Below, piece by piece: positions 1 to 13,434 of a stretch of 39,358 nt of DNA. Within the stretch, counting starts at the first letter, position 1. Each line of letters opens with the position of its first letter. Source of the stretch: Halocafeteria seosinensis (lineage: Eukaryota). The DNA is taken from positions 62,001-101,358 of the forward strand of contig LVLI01000177.1 in assembly GCA_001687465.1 (NCBI GenBank). The letters are read 5' to 3'. The notes under the pieces are model-generated. The model saw only the letters and a list, made by a program, of their open reading frames with translations, searched no databases and was not told the origin of the DNA. A program made the translations under genes and the position numbers.

Positions 1-921
1 ATCATCTCCTCGATAGATCCAGTCGAGGATGTAGACTGGATGTGGAGCGGGGTCGAAAATGAGTGGACAGAAGAACAATTCGAGGCTGCAGCTAGGAATC
101 GCCACTCCGGTACTGATCGAGGAACCTCGAACGCGCCTGCACTCTCTGCGAGGACGTTTGAGCCTGGGTTCTCGAACCAACAGCCTATTGAAGGTGAAAT
201 TTCCTACTTTCCAACGAACGTGGAAGATCCTGAAGAGTATGATACTTCGTATATGCCCATTCCTGACTTTGAACTGGGTGATCATCTAGAAAGTCGAGAG
301 ACACGAGTGTCTAGTGACCCGTTCAAGCAGCAAGAGCTGACAGCGCACGGAGCCGGTGGATATACAATGAGACCAGTACTGACATGTCCTATGTCCTCGC
401 TACCTGTTTTGCCTTTGCGCCCTCACTCCACCCAAGAGGATGGTGTTGATGACGTTGTGTCGCTTGGAGGAGTAGGTGGATTCGGGTTAGGGTCTCATTC
501 AATCCATGATCAACGGTATTTAGCTGCATCTATTGGAGTTCCATTGGTCGAGGGGCTGATAGCATATCGTCACGGGCATTACGAGCTTTGTGTTGATAAA
601 CTGATGCCACTGCGTTCCCTTTGGATGTACATTGGTGGCTCCCATGCTCAGCTGGATGTGTTTAACCAGACACTGGAAGCCGCGGCTACTCAGAGCAAGC
701 AGTATTTACTTTCTCGAGCACTCCTGCGTGAACGCGTGACCAAAAATCCAAATAGCGGTCTCGCCATGTACCATCTCTCTTCTATTTTGTTCGGAACTGG
801 AGAGTACCGAAAGGCTGCTCATGCGCGTGACCGTGCACTGCGTTTAGGCTTAGGGGAGGAACGAGTTGGAACTCCGCAAGTGAGAGCCATGACGAAAACG
901 GAGGATTCCTGGTATCAGTGA
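1..921 (+). CDS. TTC38: Tetratricopeptide repeat protein 38-like, 3' part (5' end outside the window)
   Basis: Frame 1 is open from base 1 to the TGA ending at 921. The segment IGVPLVEGLIAY..GHYELCVDKLMPLR...IGGSHAQLDVFNQTL matches the characteristic TTC38 C-terminal GGS[HN]AQRDVF motif. Confidence 0.8.
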   Translation: MISSIDPVEDVDWMWSGVENEWTEEQFEAAARNRHSGTDRGTSNAPALSARTFEPGFSNQQPIEGEISYFPTNVEDPEEYDTSYMPIPDFELGDHLESRETRVSSDPFKQQELTAHGAGGYTMRPVLTCPMSSLPVLPLRPHSTQEDGVDDVVSLGGVGGFGLGSHSIHDQRYLAASIGVPLVEGLIAYRHGHYELCVDKLMPLRSLWMYIGGSHAQLDVFNQTLEAAATQSKQYLLSRALLRERVTKNPNSGLAMYHLSSILFGTGEYRKAAHARDRALRLGLGEERVGTPQVRAMTKTEDSWYQ

Positions 922-1288
922 GGCCGGTGGTAGTTTTTCCGTTTTTGTCTCGAAACAACAAACAGAGTTGCAGTCACAGTGTTACGATAAAGAAAAGCAA
1001 CCCTACTTCCAAAGGGGAGACGGAACCTCAGCTCGTGGTACTTCAATAGCAAGCAAGTTTTCTATATATCTCTCCGAGTACCAAGGATGACTAAAGGAAA
1101 GTACTTGAACAGTGTTGTGCCACTGGAGTGAGAACGCAATTGTGAATTGTTCGAAAAAATGCCTTAGTAGATGCCTTTCATCATGGACTATTGTTATGCA
1201 CGAGAAAGACGGGTAAATCTCTTCGCTGTTCGAAATACCACCAATCCAATCCAATCCAAAACCCATGATGATGATGTTCGAAGCCAGT

Positions 1289-1651
1289 TTATTCGGATCC
1301 TTCCACCGTGACCTCTACGTCTACGTCCGGTTCCAAGGTGACCTGAGTGATCTGCTTGACAACCTCAGCTGGGGAGTGAAGATCCAAAAGTCTCTTGTGG
1401 ATGCGCATTTCGAATCGATCCCAGGTGTTAGTACCTTCACCACAAGGTGACTTCCTGGTGGTAATGGCCAAGGTTTTGGTGGGCAGACGAACTGGCCCAG
1501 CCACTTTGAGTCCCTTGTCCACGGCACCGCGCTTCAGTTCAGTGCACACTTTTTCCACGGATTCCACATTACGACTGGTTAAGGTAATGCGAATGCGGTG
1601 AATGGGGGATTCCTCGGCTCCTGCCGCTTGTTTTCCTTTCAGCATCGACAT
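1289..1651 (-). CDS. RPS20: 40S ribosomal protein S20 (uS10), 120 aa
   Basis: [56 protein letters not shown] and [10 protein letters not shown] are diagnostic of uS10. ATG at 1651 (MSMLKGK) gives the usual length; the ORF-track N-terminal extension is probably UTR/intron. Confidence 0.97.
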   Translation of the reverse strand: MSMLKGKQAAGAEESPIHRIRITLTSRNVESVEKVCTELKRGAVDKGLKVAGPVRLPTKTLAITTRKSPCGEGTNTWDRFEMRIHKRLLDLHSPAEVVKQITQVTLEPDVDVEVTVEGSE

Positions 1652-1673
1652 TTTTCGTGTTTTGACCCGACGG

Positions 1674-1894
1674 CTGCATTTATTCAAGATACGTAAATTA
1701 ACACGTGGAAACTCTCTTGGTATATCGTCTATGTGCACAGTATAGCGCAGTGAATGAAATGAATATGGACACCACCGAGAAAACTACAAAAACCCCACGG
1801 GCCAGCCTAAAGGGCCTCCCAAAGGGGGAGTCGAACAAAGAGGGGGCTTTCACTAAGCCTCTCGTATGTGTGAAGGTGGGACACAGCAACTTAC
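1674..1894 (-). other. Probable 5'-UTR intron of RPS20 (221 nt)
   Basis: Minus-strand GAG|GTAAGT donor at 1894 and AATGCAG| acceptor at 1674, 22 nt upstream of the ATG. Inferred from splice signals only. Confidence 0.55.
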
Positions 1895-2206
1895 CTCGTT
1901 CTTTAAACAATGACAGACACGAGACAATTACGTGAGGTCAAAATTTTGCGTTTCACTGTTCGTCTCTTTATATGAGAGAGAAACAATAGTCCATGATGGT
2001 TGCGTAGTAGCATGGCCCGTGGGGTGTCAGCCCAGCGTCCCGGGCCGGGCGGAGGGCCCGGACTCCCGCTGAATCACTGAATCAGTGAGGATTCGACAAG
2101 TGCTTCCAATTCCAGGATTCAATTCCTGAATCATCCCTTGCAGTGTCCATTCCATGGGTTTGATTGAAATAACACCAACAGAATCCCCGTTTCAGCACGG
2201 TTCAAT

Positions 2207-2960
2207 TTCATGAAGAGGCGTGACAAACTGGCCCGTGGCCACAAACCCACAACTTCTGGCATATAACTCTTCTTTGGTGTGTACGGGTAGTGCAATGCAC
2301 TCTTATTTAGATGCCCTTATGTATGGATGTTCGTCGATTGGATTGCGGAGCATAAGCTGAAGCAATGAATGCCGAAGGCTAAAACTTCTAACTCGGTCAC
2401 TCTTTCCACTCACTACAATACCACTCGCAAGATATACATCGACTGGGAATCGGAATCAATTTGACTACAATGGAGGAGGTTGTCGAGATTGCAAAGAAGC
2501 AGTCTCTTGGTCACGTCAAAGCTAATACTGTTAATTCAATTTACATACGGTAATCACATTTTAACTCCCACTTCGTATTGCACATGGTAATACACGATGG
2601 AACATCCCAGTACCGAGGATAAGCGAACCTTGCTCATGCAGTGCAAACGATCGTAGTGGAACTAACCGAGACTTCCAACTGCAGTTAGTTATGTTGCCTC
2701 ATCGTCGCCATAGTTTTGGAGTCCAAACTGCTACAACGTTAAGGACCTCAAGTTTTTAGAGTACTATGAATCCGACAGTTTTCCCTACGTCATTACTGAA
2801 AAGCGCCAGTTTTGGCACACTTGGATGCAGTAGCATCAAAGACAAATCGCAGGAAATACATACTAGAGGCTCTAATTTACCCTGCTAGTTGAAGTTCACG
2901 ACGAGGCGTTGACAGGCAGCCACTGGCCCAAGACCAACTGGCCACAAACCCCAGCTTTTG
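2207..2960. repeat. Diverged direct repeat pair (2207-2258 and 2895-2960)
   Basis: ttcatgaagaggcg-tgaca..actggccc..tggccacaaaccc aligns with ttcacgacgaggcgttgaca..actggccc..tggccacaaaccc. TGGCCACAAACCC is identical at 2236-2248 and 2939-2951. Confidence 0.65.
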
Positions 2961-3104
2961 TAGCGCATTTGTACGCACGCATCAATTAAGAGCTACCTGT
3001 ACTCTTGTTTGGGGTCTCTCTATGTATGCATTCATGCCGGTTTGATTGTCGAGCATGAGCTGAAGCAGCGAGCGCTCGTGCTCTCTGGGAATTGCACGTC
3101 CGAT

Positions 3105-6100
3105 ATGCCACCTAATACGCGAAGGTTTCCATCTACACGGAGGTCATGGTCCTTAGCGGTTGTGGCCGTGTGTGCTGCACTGTGTTCCTCGTTGAGCAGA
3201 GCGGCAGCCGTGGCGAGCGATCGATGTATTAACAAGTGCAGCGAACGAGGACGCTGTGAATTGGGTCTATTCAATCTTTGTAGCTGCTATTGGCCATACA
3301 ATGGGGATGCTCCCGATTGTAGTGAACGTACGTCGAGACCACACTTGCTAAGCACTGTTTCATGTGCGCTCACCGCTTCATTTGGGGCGGTACCGCAGGA
3401 AAGTGTCCCTCCGGCAACGCGTGGACAGATGGAGCGAATGAGAACCAGCAGGCGCACAGGAAAGCTACTTGCTCAAATAGGGTAAACGTTGTCTTGTGTG
3501 CTGTGACGTACATATTGACCATTGCTGATGTAGTACGGCTCTTGTGTTATGGACAGGGAAGCTGCACGTACAGCCGCGGAACCTGTCAATGTGATACTGA
3601 GTTCGAAGGGCATGCCTGCCAGCGAAGTAAGCACACCAACTATTGCTATTGTTCTCGTCTTAGTGCTTAGATGTTTACCGACAAGCAGCGTCGTGTGGAA
3701 GAGATGATTTGGGAAAGGTCTGTCATGGACATGGCAAGTGCGTATCTATAGGTGACTTCGCGGAGAACGACATGGGCTTAGGGGAGCACTACCGTCGTTA
3801 CCGATACGATAACTGGGACGCTGACCAAGTCATGGGTTGCGTGTGTGATCCAGGATACAAGGGTCATAGTTGCGACAGTTTTGACTGTCCAACTTCACCA
3901 GATACGATGGCCCAAAGAGACTTGGAGATTAAGCATTTTGAAACAACCTGCACTGCACGCCCTGACATCCAGGTAGGCGACTTCTCTTAGTGGTTGTCGG
4001 GCAACACTCAAGTACGATGACGTCCATTACGTGTCCACATGCAGAGAGTCATTATTTCTTCCAATGAAACCGATCCGATTGTTCATAGTCAGCAGACTAT
4101 TGCGATTACCCACGTCACTGTTGCTGGCACTTTTCCATTGGGAAGGCTGCAATTAGTTATCGATTTGCGATATGACAGTACGTTTGATGAGGGTGACCCC
4201 GATGAAAGCACCTGTTCATTTTGTCCACATGGCACACAAAACCGCACTGAGGTCTCTACATCTTTTGGTTTACCTTATATTGGCTCTCCTGAAACTAGGG
4301 CGTCTGCAACAGGTGATGCCGTGAAAAAAGCGATTCAAGAAGTTTTTCCTGACGAATCCCTGGAAGTCGTTGGAACTGTAATTTCGGAAGGAAATGTTAG
4401 GGGATACGCAATGTATGTTTTCGTTGCTTTCGGATCATCGTTGACGGTATATGCTCGTTACTGTATTGCTGTCTATCGCAGAAATATCACTTTTAGCGGA
4501 GGATCACTGACGGGAAACGTCCCGCTCGTTGAGCTGAGAGATATCGACGCTTTTGTGTCTATCGATAATGAAAGGAATGTTACTACTGGCGATGACATAT
4601 ACGGTTGGTTCACTTTGCACTATGAACTTCGAAGCGATAACCAGCACCCATTGCTAGACGTCGGTGAAACAATCACAACGCCCGACTGTGATGACACGGA
4701 GTTCGACCACCCGGTGAACTCAACTTGTCTCGGCGTTAACTCGAATCCTGCGTCGGTAAAGGCAATTCTTGAGAGCTTCGACGAACTCTGTCATCCAGAT
4801 GATAGAAATACGAGCAAGGGGTGCTTCGACGTTACATTCATTCCAAAGGAGGGGATAGGTGTAATATGGGAGATAACATTCGCAAGAGGAAGGAAGAGTC
4901 TTGGTTCACGACCCAAATTCTCCGTAGCAAATGACCAAACGAGATACATATCTCGAGCGGGATCATCCGAAAATGTTGCGTTCGTCTCGGTGGAGAAAGT
5001 TCAAGATGTGAGTGCATACAATGCTTCTTAGGTCTTCAAGGGACATCATTATATTAACATTACTCTTATATGTTTATGATATATGTTGACGACTCCAGGG
5101 ATCTTATTTGAATGGGGGGTACAACTTAGCCTTCACGTGGGACAAGAAGCGTACCGAATTTTCATTTAGTCCCCAGATAACAGCATCAGATATGGAGAGT
5201 GCCATTGAGAAATGGCCGTATGGTGGGGTGGACACACACTGGATTGGGGACGTTGTCGTTAGAGAGACCACCATATTTGAGGGTATCAATGTGGTCAACA
5301 CTGAGAGTAAGTCCTCCTGTCAGAAGAGCACATTGTGCTCTCTGCTCACCCGTATGACCGCATTGCAGAGGATTGTGGTCAAAAGCAATGGGCAATCACG
5401 TTTCATTCCATTTCTGAGGGATTTGACTCTTTTGAGATGGACCACGAGAATTTGATTGTTAGCCGGAATGGGACAGATGAGCCACAAGAAGGTAAACCAG
5501 GACTGAAACTGGTGTATGAGAGTCGGAAACCTGAGAAACTGACATTAGCCACCAGCTTAGTGGAACAGAACGAAATCCAAGGAATTAAAATTGGAAATGG
5601 TCACCGTCTTGAACGCACGGTACGAGAATCTAGGTTACCTGAGGTGATTTCATATCTACTGGCATAATTGGTCCCACAACAGGTGTACAATGTGACCCTT
5701 GGAGCCAAGGACCAGTCCGACTTCTTGACAGGCACTATTGCCTTGGTTGTTGATTTTCGTGACTGCTCATTCTGCGAACACCCAATCAAGTAAGCAAATT
5801 CCTGTGCTCGTTAATTGTTCAAACTTATCGGCTATTGTTGGTACTGCAGGGAGACAACGCTGGCCCCAATATGGAGACTAAGCAACGTCCTTGGAAACCA
5901 CGAGGACAGGATTGCAGACAGTGCTAAGAAGCTGAAACTGGCCCTTGAATCTTTGAGTCATATTGGAGCACACGAAGTTAGAGTGGAAGGAACAGTTGAT
6001 GAAGATTCTGTCACTGACACATTTAGTATAACCTTCGTGGGTAATGGAGTCGCTGGTAATCTCTCAAATGCACTTTCGATTGATTACGACCTTTCGCGAG

Positions 6101-8793
6101 CAGCGCTATTACAGGATTCTTTCACCACTTTGAAAGAAGCTGACATCCTCGAATCAATAACACAAATTGCGGGCGAAGACTTCGATGGGCTCGTAAACAT
6201 TACGTACGATGCGTCTGCTTCGGGCAACAACCCTGTCTTCGACCGTGATCGGATTCCGCTTATTGATGTACAAATCGATGTAAAGACAAGGGCAGCAGCT
6301 CTGAAGGCTGCACTAGTTGCGGAAGGACTAGAAGACATCGAGGTATCGATCCATTTCGTGAGCCCGCTGATCGAGAGCTCTCCTGACTTCGTTCAATGGG
6401 TGATCGAGTTCAATGCTTCTAACGAAAACAGCACTTCGGTTGGTTATCGCTCCTCGTTCGTGTGCTCCCCCTTGGACGAGCTGACGTGCACCGTCAATAA
6501 GTTACAAAAAGGAAGTTATTTAGATGGAACCTTCAAGTTGCAGCTGATATTTAATGAGTTAATCGGAACAACGTCCTCACTTACCACTCTGACTACCTCA
6601 GAAGAAATGAAGCAAGCCATCAATAAGGTGCTTCAACTAAATGAATCGACCCAGTTAGCAGGAATGACAGTCAGCAAGAAACAATACATACCCACCGAAC
6701 TGAGAAAATGGTCTGGGCAAATGAAATGGACGTTGTTATTCCCTAATGTAAAGGGCACTCCATTCAGTTTTCGGATGCGCTTTGAAAACCAACTGACCGG
6801 GGCTTCAGACGGAGTCGTTGGATCCAACGAGGCATATCCCTTCGTATTAGAGCGAACACACTCGTCTTTACCTGCGGAAGTCCATGAAGTGCAAATTATT
6901 GATTTTCTTGGCAAATCAAGCGGGTCATGTCCCCAAGGAAACTTCACCTTGAGGCTTGGTCAGCATAGGTCAAAAACACTGTTGTCATTCACAAGCAGTA
7001 CCGTGTCAGAGCTTGTAAGCGCACTGAAAGAAATTGCGACGATAGCAGAAGTCAATGTGAGAATCCTTCCCTCTTCTGCTACAGTTTTGTGCGAGGAGTC
7101 AGTCGACTCAAGCGTTGAAGTAACGTTTGGCAACTCTGTTGGTTCGCTGCCGCCACTGGAGGTGGAGAGTAGCGCGACAATAGCGGGCCAAGTCCTGACA
7201 CGTTATAGAAATCAATTTGGTAAGGCAGGCTTTCGGGCTAAGTCAGGGACTCGGCGACGTCTTAGTTGCGGTGGAAGAGGTAGGTGCGAAACCGATAGTT
7301 TTAATATCCACTGTGTCTGCAACGAGGACGACAATGGAGTCACCCTTTTCGGCAATGGAAACGAAGTTGGTGCGAGCGGGAATTTCGTCAGCTGGGCTGG
7401 AGGCTCTGCGGGGCAGTCAGAGAGCTGCAACTTTCGACTTGGTAAGGGCACGTTTAACAAATGCCCAACCAGTGACACCGGTACCGTCTGTTCTGGGCAT
7501 GGGAAATGCTCCTCCGAATTTGGAATAGGAGACAACAGGTATATTTGTATATGCGATGATTTATTTGAGGGGCACGATTGCAGTTTTTCTTCTTGCCCTT
7601 CACAACCCGCGTGGTTTGACAAAGCCGTATCTCGTGATGCCGCCCATTTACCAGTGCCTTGTGGAAAATTGGGAACTTGTGGTTCCGGAGGTATCTGTAC
7701 ATGTAGGCTTGGGTTGGTTCCACAAGTGACGAATGGAGGATGCAAGACTTTCCGGTGTCCGGGTTCTTCTGGGAATTGCTTGCATGGAGGCACATGTGCC
7801 TTTATGCACGAGCTAGCAGGTACTGCTTATGATTCACTTGGACAACGTATCCCTGGTAGCTACCTAGGTCCGTGGGACGCATCAATACTGAGAGGCTGCG
7901 GGTGCAAACAGCCCTTTGTGTATTCTGGCAAGTATCATCAATCATTTACGAGGCGTTTTGGGTTCCGATGTGAAAGGTCAACAGTGAGTAGCCATTGTCT
8001 TAAACATAAGAACAACGTGCATATCAACGTACTTCTCCTTTGCAGTGTCCGTCTGGAGGCGATCCTGTTGCACTTGCCACATCATTTCCTTTGTATAACG
8101 TTTATAAGTTTAGTTGCAATGCCACTGGAGGAAACTTTACTCTCCGTTTCAAGGGGGGGACCAGTACAGCGATTCCTGCTTTCGCTCCAATACGGAACAA
8201 TCTGAGAAGCAAAAACGCCGCTGCACAAACTCAAATTACTCTTGAATCCGCTATGCTAGATATGGCCTCCATTGGAAACGTGAAAATTGAAGCTGAGGAT
8301 GAGAGTTTACCATTTGAAGAAAAAACCGCCTGCCGGAATGGCACTGGCAGTGCACTTCTGATAACGATAGTTTCCCCTCAAGGAAAAGTCCCACCACTGG
8401 AAATAAAAGAGAGTGTACTTGAGGGAAACGGAGACATAGGCATTGAACAATCACAGGAAAGCAACATAACTCCCTTCGAATGCAACCGAAGGGGAACATG
8501 TGGTAGGTTTTCATATTTGCGGTAATTGAGTTCCATATGTCCCCAATATTTACATTCTTCTAATTGCAGATAGAGAGAAGGGACAGTGCGTTTGCCAGAT
8601 TCAGTATGGTACTAGCAATGGCAACTTGACATTTGGCCCCTTGGGAGACTGTGGCCGCTTAGATAGTTTGGAGGGATGGAAGCGTGCGACGGCTACTGAT
8701 GGGCAAAGCGAAGGTGGAGCAACTGAAGGTGGTGCAGACACTCTCAGTACGCTGCTATTCGATTTAGGTTCCTTTGACGAAACCGATTTATGA
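3105..8793 (+). CDS. Large secreted EGF-like/tenascin-like protein of the Sig/Ocm1 mastigoneme type, ~1644 aa, 12 exons
   Basis: Exons 3105-3327, 3399-3481, 3557-3626, 3689-3972, 4045-4412, 4482-5007, 5099-5306, 5369-5619, 5683-5789, 5850-7983, 8046-8502 and 8570-8793 join in frame through GT..CAG introns (4935 nt). There is a hydrophobic N-terminal signal (WSLAVVAVCAALC). The motifs CPSGNAWTD..AH..TCSNRGSC..C.C..FEGHACQR, C.GHGKC, WDA...GC.C and CPSGGDP occur in two blocks, as in diatom Sig and Ochromonas Ocm1 proteins. Confidence 0.8.
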
Positions 8794-9637
8794 GGCACAC
8801 AAAAACATGCATTGAAGTGAATACAATACTGAAGGGGTGAATTGCCCCTGTTGTCAGGGTCAGGCACCAACTCCATTCCCACAGAAAATCACAACTTGAT
8901 ACGTGGTACCTGCAGCGGGAACAATGGGAACTCACAGGGTTTGTTCCGTCCGTGGGTAATATAGTCTAACTTAGATCATCCTTGCTGTGATCGAACCGAT
9001 ACCCGTTAAAGACTGCGAATGCTTTGCTTCTGGTTCGTATGGTTGCCGTATACTTCGGTGGTGTGGTTTGGGACGTCGCAAGCCGCTGAAGTGGTACATG
9101 GTATAGATTTCCATGAGATCCATGCGATAATATACATCCATTAAGCGAATCTATACAGCAGTATGATCATTTAGTTGGTGTGATTTAGCTCACTCAACAA
9201 CACTAATGGCAGTGGAAAATGCTGAATCCTGTGGAATTCTCGATCTACTGTACCGGTACAATTGTAATTGTACAAGTGTACCATTGTAATTGTGGTACTG
9301 TAATGAGTCGAACTTTTCCATCCCCTGGTGACCTGGTCAAGAGCAAAATATGGCTTCGGCGCGGGCATAGCATTGTAATGTACTGGTCACATGACGTTGT
9401 GCCAGTATAGGCTATATTAACGACAGATATTACTTCCAAGACAGCTACAAGAAGAAAACTTTGCAATTCCTAACCTAACTCAAGTATCAGAAAAGATTGC
9501 GGCGTTACCTGGAATTTCAAAATTCCGAATTTGAAGTCTTCTTTGAGCAACCACGCAGTTGTGCGCCTGTGTTTTTGTTTTAGTGTGAGTGGTTGCTATT
9601 GCACTAGATGTAGGTGTTTGAGGTACACGCAAGCACG

Positions 9638-11379
<1,742 letters not shown>

Positions 11380-11743
11380 GTGGTCAACGTAAGGCATATG
11401 GTGTCAGTACAAACGAGCGAATACACAGGGTAAAGTTTGTGATGTCTTGGCCAACGGCTTGCTACTTGCTACCATTCTAAATAATTCCTCCAGAGTCGAC
11501 ATTTATTATCAGCCATGGTTTCTTCGACATATTCGTTAGTGGTTCCTTTCTTGTCGCGAAGGCACAGGGTTGTGTTATTTTTATTTACTTCGCAGGCGCA
11601 GTTAGAAACTAAACGAATTGGTTGCGGGGCGACACCCACCTCGCCGAAATTCAAGGTGGCGCAGAGCTAGTTTTCTAACACTATGTTGCTTTGACTGATA
11701 TCTCTGTGCCTACAGCATGCTTAACGGGTCAAGCAACCCTAAC

Positions 11744-12557
11744 TTAACAACATCCACTTTCGTTGGCATTGCTATCCGTAGAGGACATATTTACCGTGTC
11801 ACCACTCTTTTGCGTTGATGTTTGAGATCTCAGTACCGGATTTTCGATTATTTTACGCATGAGTTCATCAAATACTGATTGGATCCCCTGTTTTGTTTTA
11901 GCGCTTGCTTCAATAAACAGCATACCATGACTTCGTGCCCATGATTGTCCTTCGCTACTGCTGACTTGCCGCTCTGCTCCCTGTGAAACATTGTCCCAAA
12001 GCGTAATGAGGGTATACTCTCTCTCTCTCTCTCTCTCTGTCTGTCTTTTCCTTTCGGAATTATTGCGATGAATACTTACTATATCCACTTTATTTCCTAC
12101 AAGTAGCTTGACTACATTCTTTCCTCCGTCCCGGCAATATAGTTTAACTTCTTCGAGCCAATGTCCCAAGTTCTCCAACGTCTCGGGTCGCGTAACATCA
12201 TATACTGTTGAGAAACGAAATCCAAAACGCATTAAGTAATGGCTGAATAATTGAAGCGAATAAATAAGCACTAGTGAGCATACCAAATACAATTCCATGG
12301 GCTCCTCGGTAATAACTGGAAGTGAGTGTCCGGAATCGTTCTTGTCCTGCCGTATCCCAGATGGTGGCTTTCACTCGTTTATCATCTACATTCATCATAG
12401 AGACTTTGAAATCTACTCCTATCGTTGGCTGTTGCATGGCATCGAATTCATCGCCCGAAAATCGCAGTAAGATGGACGACTTTCCCACGCCGGCATCTCC
12501 AATCAGGAGCACTTTAAACAAGTGTTCATAGCCCAAATCACTGTTCGCCGACGACAT
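11744..12557 (-). CDS. RAB18: Rab18 (RabC) small GTPase, 211 aa, 3 exons
   Basis: Exons 12557-12284, 12204-12080 and 11980-11744. Motifs: [38 protein letters not shown] (Rab18-type), [15 protein letters not shown], and a C-terminal GCC prenylation motif. Confidence 0.92.
12017..12038. repeat. (CT)11 microsatellite in RAB18 intron 2
   Basis: Seen directly in the sequence. Confidence 0.95.
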
Positions 12558-13104
12558 CTTACGTTCCTTTGAGTCTCTCTCTATCTCCTCTGTGTGTGTG
12601 TTTTGTGTGCCTAGACTCTATTACCTATTATGATGTATATGTATAATTACTTCAAATCAACGCACAGCTCATGTTGGACCACAGCACACTCATTCCGTAC
12701 AGTGCGGTAGCTCGTTCCCCTTGTGTTTGCAAATCTTTCTACATGCTTACACAATAACTCGGAAATGGACAGTCTGCACAGTATACACCATACAGTTGTT
12801 TTGCGCCATGGTCCATGGGAGAGTTGAACTTCAACTTGCCGTGGAACTGAGGCCACTAAATACGGGTTACCACGGTACGGAATGTCCTGTGTTGGTTGCG
12901 GCCCTACCTGCCGAAAAAAACTAGTTGAGGCATCGTTTGCTACTCCTCCTACGTTGTCGGATGAAACGTCTGTACTACTAGTGGTTTACGACATTCAAAC
13001 CAAGTATACATGCAGCAAACAGCCTCATGCGCTGGAGTGCTCGTCAAGCCACTAATATGAGAGGCAAGATTGGCAAAGGATGTAAACATAAACATTGGTA
13101 AAAA

Positions 13105-13106
<2 letters not shown>

Positions 13107-13135
<29 letters not shown>
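13107..13135. repeat. (CA)14 microsatellite
   Basis: Seen directly in the sequence. Confidence 0.95.
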
Positions 13136-13138
<3 letters not shown>

Positions 13139-13434
13139 AGCGTTGCATATACAGGCAGTCTAGATGGCTCATGGTTGCAAGTTGCACCCTGGCACTTGCT
13201 GAACTCACTGTACAGTAAACTCCTATTCGCATTCAAAGCAAAATTACTACAATAGCGTTGACTTCATCTATTGCATCAATTCTTAGATCTACACTTCCAT
13301 TGCATTGGGTACTGTTCTTCTTAACAACAAAAGAACACCGTGCATTGTTGCTAATACTAGCTGATGAATCAATGGTGACCGGCAACGTCAAGCATGTCTC
13401 TGTCTCGACGCATGCCCATATCCATTCTAGCAAG

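Noticed and set aside
1652..1738. N-terminal extension of RPS20 in the ORF track
   Set aside because: It starts at a non-ATG codon inside the probable UTR intron. ATG 1651 gives the normal protein length.
8970..9145. 56-aa minus-strand ORF MDVYYRMDLMEIYTMYHF...
   Set aside because: No recognisable motif or splice model; its length is compatible with chance.
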